Shown here: positions 34,310 to 45,400 of the stretch, one piece after another
Layout: the number at the start of each line of letters is the position of its first letter
How positions within the stretch are numbered: the stretch's first letter is position 1
Source: Parcubacteria group bacterium M6-OD1-4
GTDB lineage: Bacteria > Patescibacteriota > Patescibacteriia > Patescibacteriales > UBA12465
Assembly: GCA_003056205.1 (NCBI GenBank)
Contig: LSNS01000006.1
Location: 1-60,201, forward strand
DNA length: 60,201 bases
Reading direction: 5' to 3'
Program-made: the position numbers and the translations under genes
Notes under the pieces: model-generated
What the model saw: only the letters and a program-made list of their open reading frames with translations
Told to the model about the DNA's origin: nothing
The model's database searches: none

Positions 34310-35760
34310 AAATCGTCCAAATCGCTTCCGAAGTTGCTCCTTTTTCTAAGACTGGAGGCTTGGGAGATGTCAGTCGTAGCTTGTCTAAAGCTTTAGAGAG
34401 ATTGGGGCACGAAGTGATAATTATTACCCCACTCTATGGTCGAGTTATTGATAAATCAGCTTATAAATTAAAGTTAATTTTTTCTAATGTTAATTTACGT
34501 TTAAATTCCAGTGAACAAATTAAAGTTAATTATTGGCGAGCCTATTTAATGCCCGATTTGCCGGTTTATTTCGTGGAGTGTAAACATTTCTTCTCAAAAC
34601 ATAAACGTCTTTATGGCTCGGGAAAAGAAAATGCTCGTTTTTTAGTTTTTGATGTAGCAGCCTTAAAATTACTATCACTATTAAAATTTTCTGCGGATAT
34701 TATTCAGTGTCATGATTGGCAAACTGGTTTGATTCCTTATTATCTAAAAACAGATTTTCGTTATTCTAAAACTTTAACCAAGGCCAAGGTTATTTTTACT
34801 ATTCATAATTTAATTTTCCAATTTGGCCATAATTGGTGGCTGACTACTTTAGAGCATAAAGATTATGGGCATAGTCGTCTGCCACATTTAGATGATCCGC
34901 GTTTAGAGTATATTAATTTTGCGAAGCGCGCTATTTTATCTGCCGATTTTATCAATACAGTTAGCGAACAGTATCGGGAAGAAATTATGACTAAAAAATT
35001 TGGTCAAGATTTACATCGTATTTTAAAAAATCGGGCTGACCGTTTAGTGGGTATTATTAATGGCATTGATTATAATATTTATAATCCGGCTGATGACCCT
35101 GGTCTCTTTAAAAATTATTCTTTTAAGAATTCCGAATTAAAAAATACGAATAAAGAATATTTACAAAAGATTTTTAACTTACCAATTAATAAAGAAATCC
35201 CTATTTTTTGTACAACTTCCCGAGTTACTTTTCAAAAAGGTTTTGAATTGCTCATTAAATTATTTCCACAATTATTAGAAATTGATTTACAATTTATTGT
35301 TATTGGTTCGGGCGATAAGAAATATATTCAATCTTTGCGTAAAATTGCTCATAAATATCCGGATAAATTAGTGGTTATCCCTTCGCATTTTGCTAATCAA
35401 AAATATGAAACCCTAGTTTATGCGGGAACGGATTTTTTTGTTTTGCCCTCCAACCATGAGCCCTGCGGTATTAATCAATTAATTGCGATGCGCTATGGTT
35501 GTGTGCCGATTGTTCGAGAAATCGGGGGCTTATATGATACAGTGGAAAATTTTTCTCCAGCGACGAAGACTGGAACTGGCTTTACTTTTAAAAATGAAGA
35601 TGAGTTCTCATTATATAATGCTATTATTCGGGCCTTAGAGAATCATAAAAATAGTAAAATTTGGGCAAACTTAATTAAGAGTGTTATGATTCAGTCTCAC
35701 GGTTGGGAAATTCCCGCGAAAAAATATTTGGAATTATATAAACGAGTTCTGAAGAGTTAA
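34294..35760 (+). CDS. glgA: Glycogen/starch synthase (GT5)
   Basis: KTGGLGDV, HDWQTG, FTIHNL, EPCGINQL. Confidence 0.92.
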   Translation: MSKKLKIVQIASEVAPFSKTGGLGDVSRSLSKALERLGHEVIIITPLYGRVIDKSAYKLKLIFSNVNLRLNSSEQIKVNYWRAYLMPDLPVYFVECKHFFSKHKRLYGSGKENARFLVFDVAALKLLSLLKFSADIIQCHDWQTGLIPYYLKTDFRYSKTLTKAKVIFTIHNLIFQFGHNWWLTTLEHKDYGHSRLPHLDDPRLEYINFAKRAILSADFINTVSEQYREEIMTKKFGQDLHRILKNRADRLVGIINGIDYNIYNPADDPGLFKNYSFKNSELKNTNKEYLQKIFNLPINKEIPIFCTTSRVTFQKGFELLIKLFPQLLEIDLQFIVIGSGDKKYIQSLRKIAHKYPDKLVVIPSHFANQKYETLVYAGTDFFVLPSNHEPCGINQLIAMRYGCVPIVREIGGLYDTVENFSPATKTGTGFTFKNEDEFSLYNAIIRALENHKNSKIWANLIKSVMIQSHGWEIPAKKYLELYKRVLKS

Positions 35761-35789
35761 ACAGAAATAATCTATTAAGAAAAGACGAT

Positions 35790-36992
35790 ATGTTGTGGCT
35801 CAATTTTTTACATTTTTATCAACCAGCTAATACCGAATTCTATCATATTCAGATTGCTCTTAATAAAAGCTATTGGCGTTTGTTGCGTCTTCTTGAGGAA
35901 CATCCTCGTTTACGGATGACTTGGAATGTTACTGGTTGTTTATTGGATCGCTTAACTGAAACTGATGAGGGCCAGGCTTTTATTAAACGTCTCGGTAGCT
36001 TACTCCAAGAAGGGCGAATTGAATTAACGGGCTCAGCCGCTTATCATGGTTTTTTACCATTATTGCCCGATCAAGAGATTATTTTACAAATTCAAGAGAA
36101 TGAAAAAATTTTGAAAAAATATTTTGGTCAAAATTTAAAACTTCCAGGATTTTTTATTCCGGAAATGGCTTACAATCAACGAGTCGCTAAGATTATTAAA
36201 AAACTCGGTTATTCTTGGATTATTCTTGATGAAATTTCTTATAGTGGTGCTAGTCGACGACGACCACATTGGGGTCAATTCTATTTAGATGCTCGTAGTG
36301 GTCTTCAAGTTATTTTTCGTGATCGGCGACTTTCTAGTGTTTATCCTCCCGATAAATTACAAGAGAATATTCAACACTTAACAACTCAGCAAGCTTCTCT
36401 TACTAACAAAATCTATTTAACAGCGACCGATGCTGAATTGTATGGTTTACGGCATGAAGACCCTAGTGGAGAACTAGAAAAATTTGTTAATTTAAAATCT
36501 TTAAGCAGCACCACTATTTCTGATTTTTGGCGCTCATCTGAACAAAAAAACTTAGAAAAAATTAATTTATTTGCTTCTTCCTGGGAGACTAGTCGACAGG
36601 AAATAGAACAGGGGACTCCTTATTGTTTATGGCGAGATCAAAAGAATAAAATTCAATTGGATTTGTGGAAATTAGCCAAGTTCGCTCTTCATCTTCATGA
36701 TCAATTTAAAACTGATCCAAATTTTTATTGGTATCGTTGGCATTTAGTTCGGGGTTTAGCTAGCTGTACTTTCTGGTGGGCAAGTGGACGAAATTTTGCT
36801 AAGATTTTTGGGCCCGATGCTTGGAGTCCTGATGATATTGAACGGGGCTTAGAAGATTTGATTCGGGCGGTTCGCTCTTTATCTAGTCCGCAAAGCAAGT
36901 CGGCTAAATTGCAGGCAGAAAAATATTATTTACAGATTAAAAAACAAATTTGGTCGGAGCATTGGCAGAAGCATTGGCTAAAAGTTATTTAA
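35790..36992 (+). CDS. Glycoside hydrolase family 57 protein
   Basis: LHFYQP, YHGFLPLL, FFIPEMAY, TDAELYG, SCTFWW. Confidence 0.85.
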   Translation: MLWLNFLHFYQPANTEFYHIQIALNKSYWRLLRLLEEHPRLRMTWNVTGCLLDRLTETDEGQAFIKRLGSLLQEGRIELTGSAAYHGFLPLLPDQEIILQIQENEKILKKYFGQNLKLPGFFIPEMAYNQRVAKIIKKLGYSWIILDEISYSGASRRRPHWGQFYLDARSGLQVIFRDRRLSSVYPPDKLQENIQHLTTQQASLTNKIYLTATDAELYGLRHEDPSGELEKFVNLKSLSSTTISDFWRSSEQKNLEKINLFASSWETSRQEIEQGTPYCLWRDQKNKIQLDLWKLAKFALHLHDQFKTDPNFYWYRWHLVRGLASCTFWWASGRNFAKIFGPDAWSPDDIERGLEDLIRAVRSLSSPQSKSAKLQAEKYYLQIKKQIWSEHWQKHWLKVI

Positions 36993-37008
36993 ATTATTTA
37001 GAAATATT

Positions 37009-38031
37009 ATGAGTAGGAATAAAATTTTACCTTTGTTTAATCAGCAATTTGTTTTAGATTTATTTCGACGAGAGATTCTCCCACATTATCCAGAATTCAG
37101 TAGTATTAGTCATTTAAACATTAAACCTTATAAAGAATTAGTCTGGGAGACTACTTATCATGTCGTGATTGGTTTTGAAACTTATTTTGTCAAGAAGGAT
37201 GGTTCGGAAACTAAAATTTTAATAGTTTGTTCAGCACATAGTGGCGAACCTCGTGAAAATGTTTATTCGGCTTTAAAATATTTATGGTCGGTAGATTTTC
37301 CTAATGAATTTATTAGTTTGCCAGAGCCTTTGTTTTACTCTTCAGAATTTCGTGGTACCTTTTATCGAGGCTTAGCTGGCGAAAATCTTTTATATTATAT
37401 TCAACATAAAGAGTTTTCTATCGTGGAAGAGGTTATTGTAAATAGTGCGAAACTTTTTGCTCGTCTTCATTCTTTAGGGAATCTTCAACAAGTTAATTTT
37501 AACCCTGAGAGTTCACGTATTCGAACTGTTATCCCTGGGGTAGAAGCTATTTATCAAAAAATGAAGCGCCATTATCACGGTAAGTATAATGATGATTTAG
37601 TTAAAATTTATAGTTATTTTTTAGATGAAGAAGAAAAATATTTTTCTAGTAATTCCTCTTTAGTCTTGATTCATGGCGATGCTCACCCGGAAAACATTAT
37701 TTATATTTCCCCCCAGCACTTAGGTTTAATTGATTTTACTGATCTTTGCCTAGGAGATCGAGCTCGAGATTTAGGAACTTTCATCCAACAGTTAAAATAT
37801 AAGTTTGTAGCTAGTGACCAAGAACGAGCTCAGAACATGGTTAATTTGTTTTTATCTACTTATTTAAAAACCCTTGGCTTAAAATTAAGCCCTGAACTTC
37901 AGGCTCGAATTAATTTATATTATAATTGGACGGCGGTGCGGACAGCTATTTATTGGTTTTTAAAGTCCGATCGGGAAGAAGAACGAGCACAAATTTTACT
38001 AGCACAAGTTAAACGAAATTTGAAATTATAG
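37009..38031 (+). CDS. APH/choline-kinase-fold phosphotransferase
   Basis: LIHGDAHPEN, LIDF, RDLG. Confidence 0.8.
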   Translation: MSRNKILPLFNQQFVLDLFRREILPHYPEFSSISHLNIKPYKELVWETTYHVVIGFETYFVKKDGSETKILIVCSAHSGEPRENVYSALKYLWSVDFPNEFISLPEPLFYSSEFRGTFYRGLAGENLLYYIQHKEFSIVEEVIVNSAKLFARLHSLGNLQQVNFNPESSRIRTVIPGVEAIYQKMKRHYHGKYNDDLVKIYSYFLDEEEKYFSSNSSLVLIHGDAHPENIIYISPQHLGLIDFTDLCLGDRARDLGTFIQQLKYKFVASDQERAQNMVNLFLSTYLKTLGLKLSPELQARINLYYNWTAVRTAIYWFLKSDREEERAQILLAQVKRNLKL

Positions 38032-38142
38032 TTATTATTTATTTTTCATTTATTTTTGGAACACTTTTTTAATAGATTTAGCTATGATATAATCTAAAAA
38101 TAGTCATTTTTTATTAATTTTTGTTTTTAATTTCATCAGCTT

Positions 38143-40695
38143 ATGGGTCGTCGACGGAAAAAAAAATCTAATCCTCGAGATTATCTCAGTCTGCCAGAAT
38201 TTAATCTTAGCCAACATGCTAGGCGGAGTATTTTATTATTAATAGTGCTTGTCTTTAGTGCTATTAGTTTTTTAGGTTTATTTAATTTGGCCGGACATTT
38301 TGGTGAATTTGTAGCAGAGTGGTTAAAATTAATCTTTGGTTATGGTCAATGGTTAATTCCTCTTATTTTCTTATATTGGGCTCTATTAATTGTCCGCCGA
38401 ATCAAAAGCTCTTTAAAATTTACTGATTATCTTGGTTTATTTTTATTCTTTATTTCTTATCAAACTTTGTTTCATTTTTTTATTAATCCTCTTCATTGGA
38501 AAAGCGTGGCGGCAGCTGGACGGGGTGGCGGTTATCTCGGTTTTTATTTAAGTAAGCTATTCTTTTATCTCTTTGGTTTTTGGGGTGGGGTGGCGGTTCT
38601 TTTTACTCTCCTTCTAATTGCTCTGGTTTTAATTTTAAATACTTCGCTAGCGAGAATAATTGGCCGAGAAAGTTGGTTGGCTAAAATATTAGATTTACTT
38701 CGTCTATTTTTTCGAAATTTATTTTCTGACACTGAAGAAGAAAATAGTGCTGGCTCTCCTTCAGAAAATGAAGGTCAAAAATATGTTAGTGAGGCTCGAG
38801 AAGAAATCCTTGATGCTTGGCAAGAAAAAACTATTCCCGCTAAGTTAGAGAAAGTTACCGAAGAGCAAGAATCTGTAGAAGACGACAATGAAGAAAAGCA
38901 TTCTCTAATTTCTGCCATTACCAAGAAGAACCGACCCACGGTTCAAGAGAAAATTATTTGGCCCAAACGGAATATTAAAATTGATATGCCACTGGAGCTA
39001 CTCAATAATAAATTTAGTAAAGCGCACGGTGGAGATATTGCCGCTAACCGTCTACGAATTCAGCAAACTTTAGAAAAATTTGGTATTGAAGTGGAAATGG
39101 GAGAAAGCAAGGTTGGTCCGACCGTTACCCAATATACTTTTCGTCCCGCAGCGGGAATTAAATTATCACGGATTACCACTCTCAGCAATGATTTAAGTTT
39201 AGCCTTAGCTGCGCATCCGATTCGAATTGAAGCTCCAATTCCTGGAAAATCTTTGGTGGGTATTGAAGTTCCAAATCATACTAAAGCGATTGTTGGTTTA
39301 CGAGAAATTTTGGAAGATGATAATTTTAAAAAACGTCAGAATAATTTATATCTTGCTCTCGGAAAAGATGTTTCGGGAACGGCGTGGTTATATAATTTAG
39401 CACGGATGCCTCATTTACTTGTCGCCGGAGCCACTAATTCTGGAAAATCTGTTTGTTTAAATTCAATTATTGTCAGTTTATTATATCAAAACAATCCCGC
39501 AGATTTACGTTTTATTATGGTTGATCCCAAACGTGTTGAATTACCAGTTTATAATGGTATTCCTCATTTATTAACCCCCGTTATTACTGATGCTAATAAA
39601 ACGATTAATGCTCTTCGTTGGTGTTTAAATGAGATGGAGCGTCGCTATGACGTTTTAAGTAAGGCACATAAACGAAATATTCAATCTTATAATGCTAGTA
39701 GCTCAGAGCGTTTACCTTATATTGTTTTCATTATTGATGAGTTAGCTGATTTTATGATGACTTCTGGAAAAGACATGGAGGCGGCGATTATTCGTTTAGC
39801 GCAAATGTCACGAGCGATTGGAATACACCTAATCTTAGCTACCCAACGTCCTAGTGTAGATGTGATTACGGGTTTGATTAAAGCTAACATCCCGACCAGA
39901 ATTGCTTTTTCAGTTGCCTCCTTAGTTGATTCCAAGACAATTTTAGATTCTTCTGGAGCTGAGAAATTGTTAGGACGAGGTGATATGCTTTTTATGTCAC
40001 CAGAGTTTTCTAAACCCAAGAGAATCCAAGGTGCCTATCTTAGCGATGAAGAAATTAATGACGTTGTTAACTATATTAAGGAACAAAGTGGTCCTGCTGA
40101 TTATTTAGAAGGAATAACGGATCGTCAAAAAGTGAGTGGTAATGCGGGGGTTGGTTTAGATGGTAATCATGGTGATGAAGATGAATTATTTGAAGCGGCT
40201 CAAGCCTTGATTGTGAAAGCCAGGAAGGCTTCCACTTCAATGCTTCAACGGCGTCTCTCAATTGGTTATGGTCGGGCGGCTAAAATTTTAGATATGCTAG
40301 AAGAAGAGGGAATTATTGGTCCTAGTAATGGTTCTAAACCTCGAGAAGTTTTTCTAACTCTTGAACAATATGAAGCCCGTGCAAATGGTGGTCTCAGCTC
40401 TATTCCGATTCACGATCGAAAAAGTTCCATTGCTCCTGACAGTTATTTAAATCAATCCGCGGAAGATGTTGACGAAGAAGATAATGTCTTAGTTTTTAAA
40501 AAATCATCTGAATCAGATCAAACCGTTGAATCACCTCCAGAGCTAGCAGACGATTCTTCGGAGTCTCCGACTTCTTCAGCTGATCGGCAACTCGGAAAAG
40601 AAGAAGTGCTGGACACTAAAAATGAAAAACCATCTTCTTCAGAGAAATCCACAAAAATTGGTGATGAAGAAGATTCAGATCGATCAATCCGATGA
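38143..40695 (+). CDS. ftsK: DNA translocase FtsK
   Basis: 4TM N-terminus; PHLLVAGATNSGKS, IDELAD, ATQRPSVDV; gamma domain LQRRLSIGYGRAA. Confidence 0.95.
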   Translation: MGRRRKKKSNPRDYLSLPEFNLSQHARRSILLLIVLVFSAISFLGLFNLAGHFGEFVAEWLKLIFGYGQWLIPLIFLYWALLIVRRIKSSLKFTDYLGLFLFFISYQTLFHFFINPLHWKSVAAAGRGGGYLGFYLSKLFFYLFGFWGGVAVLFTLLLIALVLILNTSLARIIGRESWLAKILDLLRLFFRNLFSDTEEENSAGSPSENEGQKYVSEAREEILDAWQEKTIPAKLEKVTEEQESVEDDNEEKHSLISAITKKNRPTVQEKIIWPKRNIKIDMPLELLNNKFSKAHGGDIAANRLRIQQTLEKFGIEVEMGESKVGPTVTQYTFRPAAGIKLSRITTLSNDLSLALAAHPIRIEAPIPGKSLVGIEVPNHTKAIVGLREILEDDNFKKRQNNLYLALGKDVSGTAWLYNLARMPHLLVAGATNSGKSVCLNSIIVSLLYQNNPADLRFIMVDPKRVELPVYNGIPHLLTPVITDANKTINALRWCLNEMERRYDVLSKAHKRNIQSYNASSSERLPYIVFIIDELADFMMTSGKDMEAAIIRLAQMSRAIGIHLILATQRPSVDVITGLIKANIPTRIAFSVASLVDSKTILDSSGAEKLLGRGDMLFMSPEFSKPKRIQGAYLSDEEINDVVNYIKEQSGPADYLEGITDRQKVSGNAGVGLDGNHGDEDELFEAAQALIVKARKASTSMLQRRLSIGYGRAAKILDMLEEEGIIGPSNGSKPREVFLTLEQYEARANGGLSSIPIHDRKSSIAPDSYLNQSAEDVDEEDNVLVFKKSSESDQTVESPPELADDSSESPTSSADRQLGKEEVLDTKNEKPSSSEKSTKIGDEEDSDRSIR

Positions 40696-40804
40696 TGAAG
40701 AAGATTAATTCAGATTCCGATGATAAAGAAGATTTAGATTCTAACGTTTCTCATCCTCTTGATGATAATGATGAAATGTTTTTTGCTAAATAGTTTTTTG
40801 AATT

Positions 40805-42229
40805 ATGTTGGAAAAACTAAAAAAAATTATTCCTTGGAAAATTCTCCAACCCATCTACCATTTTTTAATGGCCTGGTTGGCAGCTTTGATTTATTATTTT
40901 CCCAGTAATAAATTAATTGTTATTGGCGTTACAGGAACAGCTGGAAAAACTTCTACGGTTTATTTAATTGCTCAAATGCTTAATGAGGCTGGTTATAAAA
41001 CCGGCTTTACTTCCACTACCATCTTTTCTGATGGTAATCGAGAATGGCTGAATAATAAAAAGATGACCATGCCTGGTCGTTTTTTTATTTCTAAACTATT
41101 AGCTCGGATGCTTAAAAATAATTGTCGTTATGCGATTGTTGAAACTACTTCTGAAGGTATTAAACAATTTCGTCATCGTTTTCTTAACTATGATTTATTA
41201 GTTTTTACTGGACTTTATCCAGAACATTTAGAAGCTCATGGTGGTTTTGAAAATTATAAGAAAGCCAAAGGAAAACTATTTGCTCATCTTCAACGTTGTC
41301 GGACGAAATATATTAACGATGAACGCCGGGTTGTTAAACCAAGTAGTCAGTTTAAAAAGCTTGATCTCCATCGCGTCGTTAAAACTATTATTATTAATGG
41401 AGATGATCAACAGGTCGATTATTTTTTAAATTTTTGGAGTGAAGCTAAAGTGGTTTATTCTACTCAGCCCCAGTTAGATGATGAATTTTTTATTAAAAAA
41501 TTAACTGCCGACAACTTCGTAAAGGATTTTTTATTAGTTATCGGAAAAAAGATTGAGGCGAGTTCAACTGGGACCACTTTCTTTATCAATGAGCAAAAAA
41601 TTAATTTAAAATTATTAGGAGAATTTAATGCTCGTAATGCCTTGGCCGCGAGTGCAGTTGGTCTTAATCAGGGTTTATCTCTAGAGATTATTAAATCCAG
41701 TTTAGAAGCGGTGCGTAGTTTGGCGGGTAAGTTAGAGTTAATCAACGCTGGTCAGGATTTTACAGTTATTGTTGATTATTCTTTTGAGCCCCAAGCTTTA
41801 GAAAAATTATATAATTTATTGAGTCTTATTCCTCATCAACGGATTATTCATCTTTTAGGATCAACGGGTGGAGGGAGAGATAAAACTCGTCGACCCCTTT
41901 TAGGTAAAATAGCGGGAACTAAAGCCGATGTGGTGATTGTGAGCAATGAAGACCCTTATGATGAAGACCCGATGATAATTATTAACGCAGTTGCTCACGG
42001 GGCGGAGTTAGCTGGTAAAAAGCTAAATAAAACTTTGTTTAAAATTTTAGATCGTCGAGAAGGAATTAAGAAAGCTTTAGAATTAGCTAAAAAAGATGAT
42101 TTAGTCCTTTTCACTGGAAAAGGCGCTGAACAGTTCATTTGTGTGGCTAATGGAGAGAAAATACCCTGGGATGAACGAACAATTACTCGTGAAGAGATTG
42201 TGGATAAGCTGTGTATTGACAAAAAATAA
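40805..42229 (+). CDS. murE: MurE-like Mur ligase
   Basis: GVTGTAGKTS, ETTSEG, EHLEAHG, GGGRD, GKGAE. Confidence 0.85.
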   Translation: MLEKLKKIIPWKILQPIYHFLMAWLAALIYYFPSNKLIVIGVTGTAGKTSTVYLIAQMLNEAGYKTGFTSTTIFSDGNREWLNNKKMTMPGRFFISKLLARMLKNNCRYAIVETTSEGIKQFRHRFLNYDLLVFTGLYPEHLEAHGGFENYKKAKGKLFAHLQRCRTKYINDERRVVKPSSQFKKLDLHRVVKTIIINGDDQQVDYFLNFWSEAKVVYSTQPQLDDEFFIKKLTADNFVKDFLLVIGKKIEASSTGTTFFINEQKINLKLLGEFNARNALAASAVGLNQGLSLEIIKSSLEAVRSLAGKLELINAGQDFTVIVDYSFEPQALEKLYNLLSLIPHQRIIHLLGSTGGGRDKTRRPLLGKIAGTKADVVIVSNEDPYDEDPMIIINAVAHGAELAGKKLNKTLFKILDRREGIKKALELAKKDDLVLFTGKGAEQFICVANGEKIPWDERTITREEIVDKLCIDKK

Positions 42230-42244
42230 TAAATGTAATATTAT
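42199..42244 (+). promoter_or_regulatory. rpoBC promoter with adjacent DnaA box
   Basis: TGTGGATAA at 42199-42207; TTGACA (42216)-N17-TATTAT. Confidence 0.6.
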
Positions 42245-42418
42245 AGGTGTATCTTAACACTTTTTCATTTAAAAAGTGATTTATCAAAAAAACAATTAAT
42301 TGAATAAGTTTTGTAACTCAGACCAGGCGGAATGAGCATTTTTTTGTTGGATGAACCTTTCCTTGCGGTTTTTTTTCTATTTTAAATTTTAATTTTTTCT
42401 ATTTTAAAATATATTTAT

Positions 42419-45400
42419 ATGCCTAAACGAAAATCGTTTTCTAAGATAGGGAAGCCGAGGTCTGTACCGAATTTAATAGAAATTCAGACTGACAGTTATC
42501 GTTGGTTTTTAAAAGAGGGTTTAGAAGAATTGTTTGATGAAATTAATCCAGTTGTTGATTTCATTGGTCGTGATTTGGAATTATATTTTGAAGATTATTA
42601 TTTAGATGAGCCAAAATTTTCTGAATTAGAAAGTCGTCAAAAAAATATTACCTATGAGGCTCCTTTACGAGTTAAAATGCGCCTCCTTAATAAGAAAAGT
42701 AAAAGATCTCTTAACCAAGAGGTCTTTCTTGGTGATTTTCCCCTCATGACTGATCGGGGGACTTTTATTATTAATGGTAATGAGCGGGTAGTTGTTTCGC
42801 AGTTAATCCGTAGTGCGGGGGTAATGTTTACTGCAGAATTTATCAAAGGTAAAAAATGTTACGGTGCTAAAATTATTCCTAATCGTGGTGCCTGGTTAGA
42901 AATTGAAACTGATTTTAATAAGGTAATGTGGGTGCGGATTGATCGTAAACGAAAAGTAGCGGTAACTTCTTTATTACGAGCTTTTGGTTATGAGACTGAT
43001 GAAGAATTAATTAAATTATTTGCCGATGTTGATTTGGTGAAAGATTCTTCCGAAAAATCTTTCTTAGAAGCGACGATTGAAAAAGATGCGGCCCAAAATG
43101 AAGCCGAGGGCTTACAAGAAATTTATCGACGAATTCGACCAGGAGATTTAGCTTCGGTTGATAATGCTCGGCAATTAATTCATGCCATGTTTTTTCGTTT
43201 TGACCGTTATGATTTTGGACGAGTCGGTCGCTATAAATTGAATCGGCGTTTTAATTTAGATTTAGCAGTTAATCAGAAGGAAAACCGTATTCTCCGCAAA
43301 GAAGATTTAGTTTTAATTATTAAAGAAATTATTAGATTAAATATCACAAAAGAACCCGAGGATGATATTGATCACTTAGGAAATCGTCGAATTCGTGCTG
43401 TTGGTGGTTTAATTCAAAATCGTTTTCGAGTTGGTTTAGCCCGAATGGAACGAATTATTCGGGATCGAATGTCTACCTCCGATGTAGCTTCTTTAACTCC
43501 TTCCAAATTAATTAATGCCCGACCAGTGATTGGTGTTGTTCGGGAGTTTTTTATGTCTTCTCAGTTATCACAGTTTATGGACCAGACTAATCCTTTAGCA
43601 GAATTGGAACATAAACGTCGTTTATCGGCGATGGGACCGGGCGGTTTAACTCGTGAACGAGCGGGTTTTGATGTTCGTGATGTGCACACCACACACTATG
43701 GGCGAATTTGTCCGATTGCTACTCCCGAAGGACCAAATATTGGTTTAGTTGGGCATTTAGCTAGTTATGCTTATTTAAATAGTTATGGGTTTTTAGAAAC
43801 TCCTTATCGTCAAGTTGTTCATGACAAGAAAGGAAGCCGGGTAACAGATAAGATTGTTTATTTAGATGCCTTTGAAGAGGAAAAATATATTACTGTGGAT
43901 GCCACTATTCCGATGAACAAAAACGGTTATTTTATTGTTAATAAACACGAAGTTCGTAAGTATGGTCAACCTGGTATGTCAGTCGTTGATAAAATTGATT
44001 TTGTTGGGGTTGCTCCAAATCAAATTATTTCTATTGCCACTTCCTTAATCCCTTTTATGGAACATAATGATGGTCAGCGATCTTTAATGGGAACTAATAT
44101 GCAACGGCAGGCAGTTCCTTTGGTAAAGAGTGAGTCGCCAATTGTCGGCACCGGGATGGAGGGCGAAGCTGCTCGCTATAGTGGTCATTTAGTTATTGCT
44201 CCTGCTGATGGAATAATTACTAAAATGGATGCGAGACATATTGAATTTCAGGATAAGAAAGGTCAAATTATTGACTACCAATTAAATAAATTTTTACGCT
44301 CTAATGCTTCAACTTGCATTAATCAACATCCGACAGTGGAAGTTGGGCAGAAAGTTAAAAAAGGTGATATTTTATCCGATGGCCCAGCAATTGATGATGG
44401 CGAATTATCTCTGGGGCGTAATGTCTTGGTGGCTTTTATGACTTGGGAGGGTTTTAATTATGAGGATGCTATTATTATTTCTCAACGTATGGTTCGTGAT
44501 GATATTTTTTCTTCTGTCCATATTGAAAATTATAAAATTGATGTCCGTGATACAAAATTAGGGCCAGAATTAATCACTAATGATATTCCGAATATTAGTG
44601 AGGAAAAATTAAAAAATTTAGATGAAGAGGGCATTATCAATGTTGGCGCTGAAGTCTCTAGTGGTGATATTTTAGTTGGTAAGATTACCCCCAAAGGAGA
44701 AACCACTTTGTCGGCGGAAGAAAAATTATTACGTGCGATATTTGGAGAAAAAGCTAAAGATGTTCGAGATTCTTCTTTATATTTAGAGCATGGAGAGCAT
44801 GGTAAAGTAGTTGATATTAAAATATTTTCTCGAGAAAACGGTGATAAATTATCCGCAGGAGTTTTAAAATCTATTCAAATTGCCGTTGCTAATCTTCGTA
44901 AAATTCAAGTCGGTGATAAGATGTCTGGTCGGCATGGAAATAAAGGAGTTATTTCTCGAGTTGTCCCTAGTGAAGATATGCCTTTTATGGCTGACGGTAC
45001 TCCAGTTGATGTTCTTCTCTCTCCCTTAGGAATTATTTCCAGAATGAACCTTGGACAGCTATTAGAAACTCACATGGGTTTTGCCGCTCATAAATTAAAT
45101 TATAAAGTAGTTACTCCCGCTCTTGATGGTATTACTGAAGAACAGATTAAGGGCGAATTAAAAGCGGCGGGTTTACCAGAAAACGGGAAAGTTACTTTAT
45201 ATAATGGTAAAACTGGTTTGCCTTATGATCATCAAATTACTGTTGGTCATAAATATTTATTAAAACTTAACCACATGGTGGATGATAAAATTCACCAGCG
45301 AGCCATTGGTCCTTATTCTTTAATTACTCAACAACCTTTAGGAGGAAAAGCTCAATTTGGTGGACAGCGCTTTGGTGAAATGGAAGTTTGGGCTTTAGAA

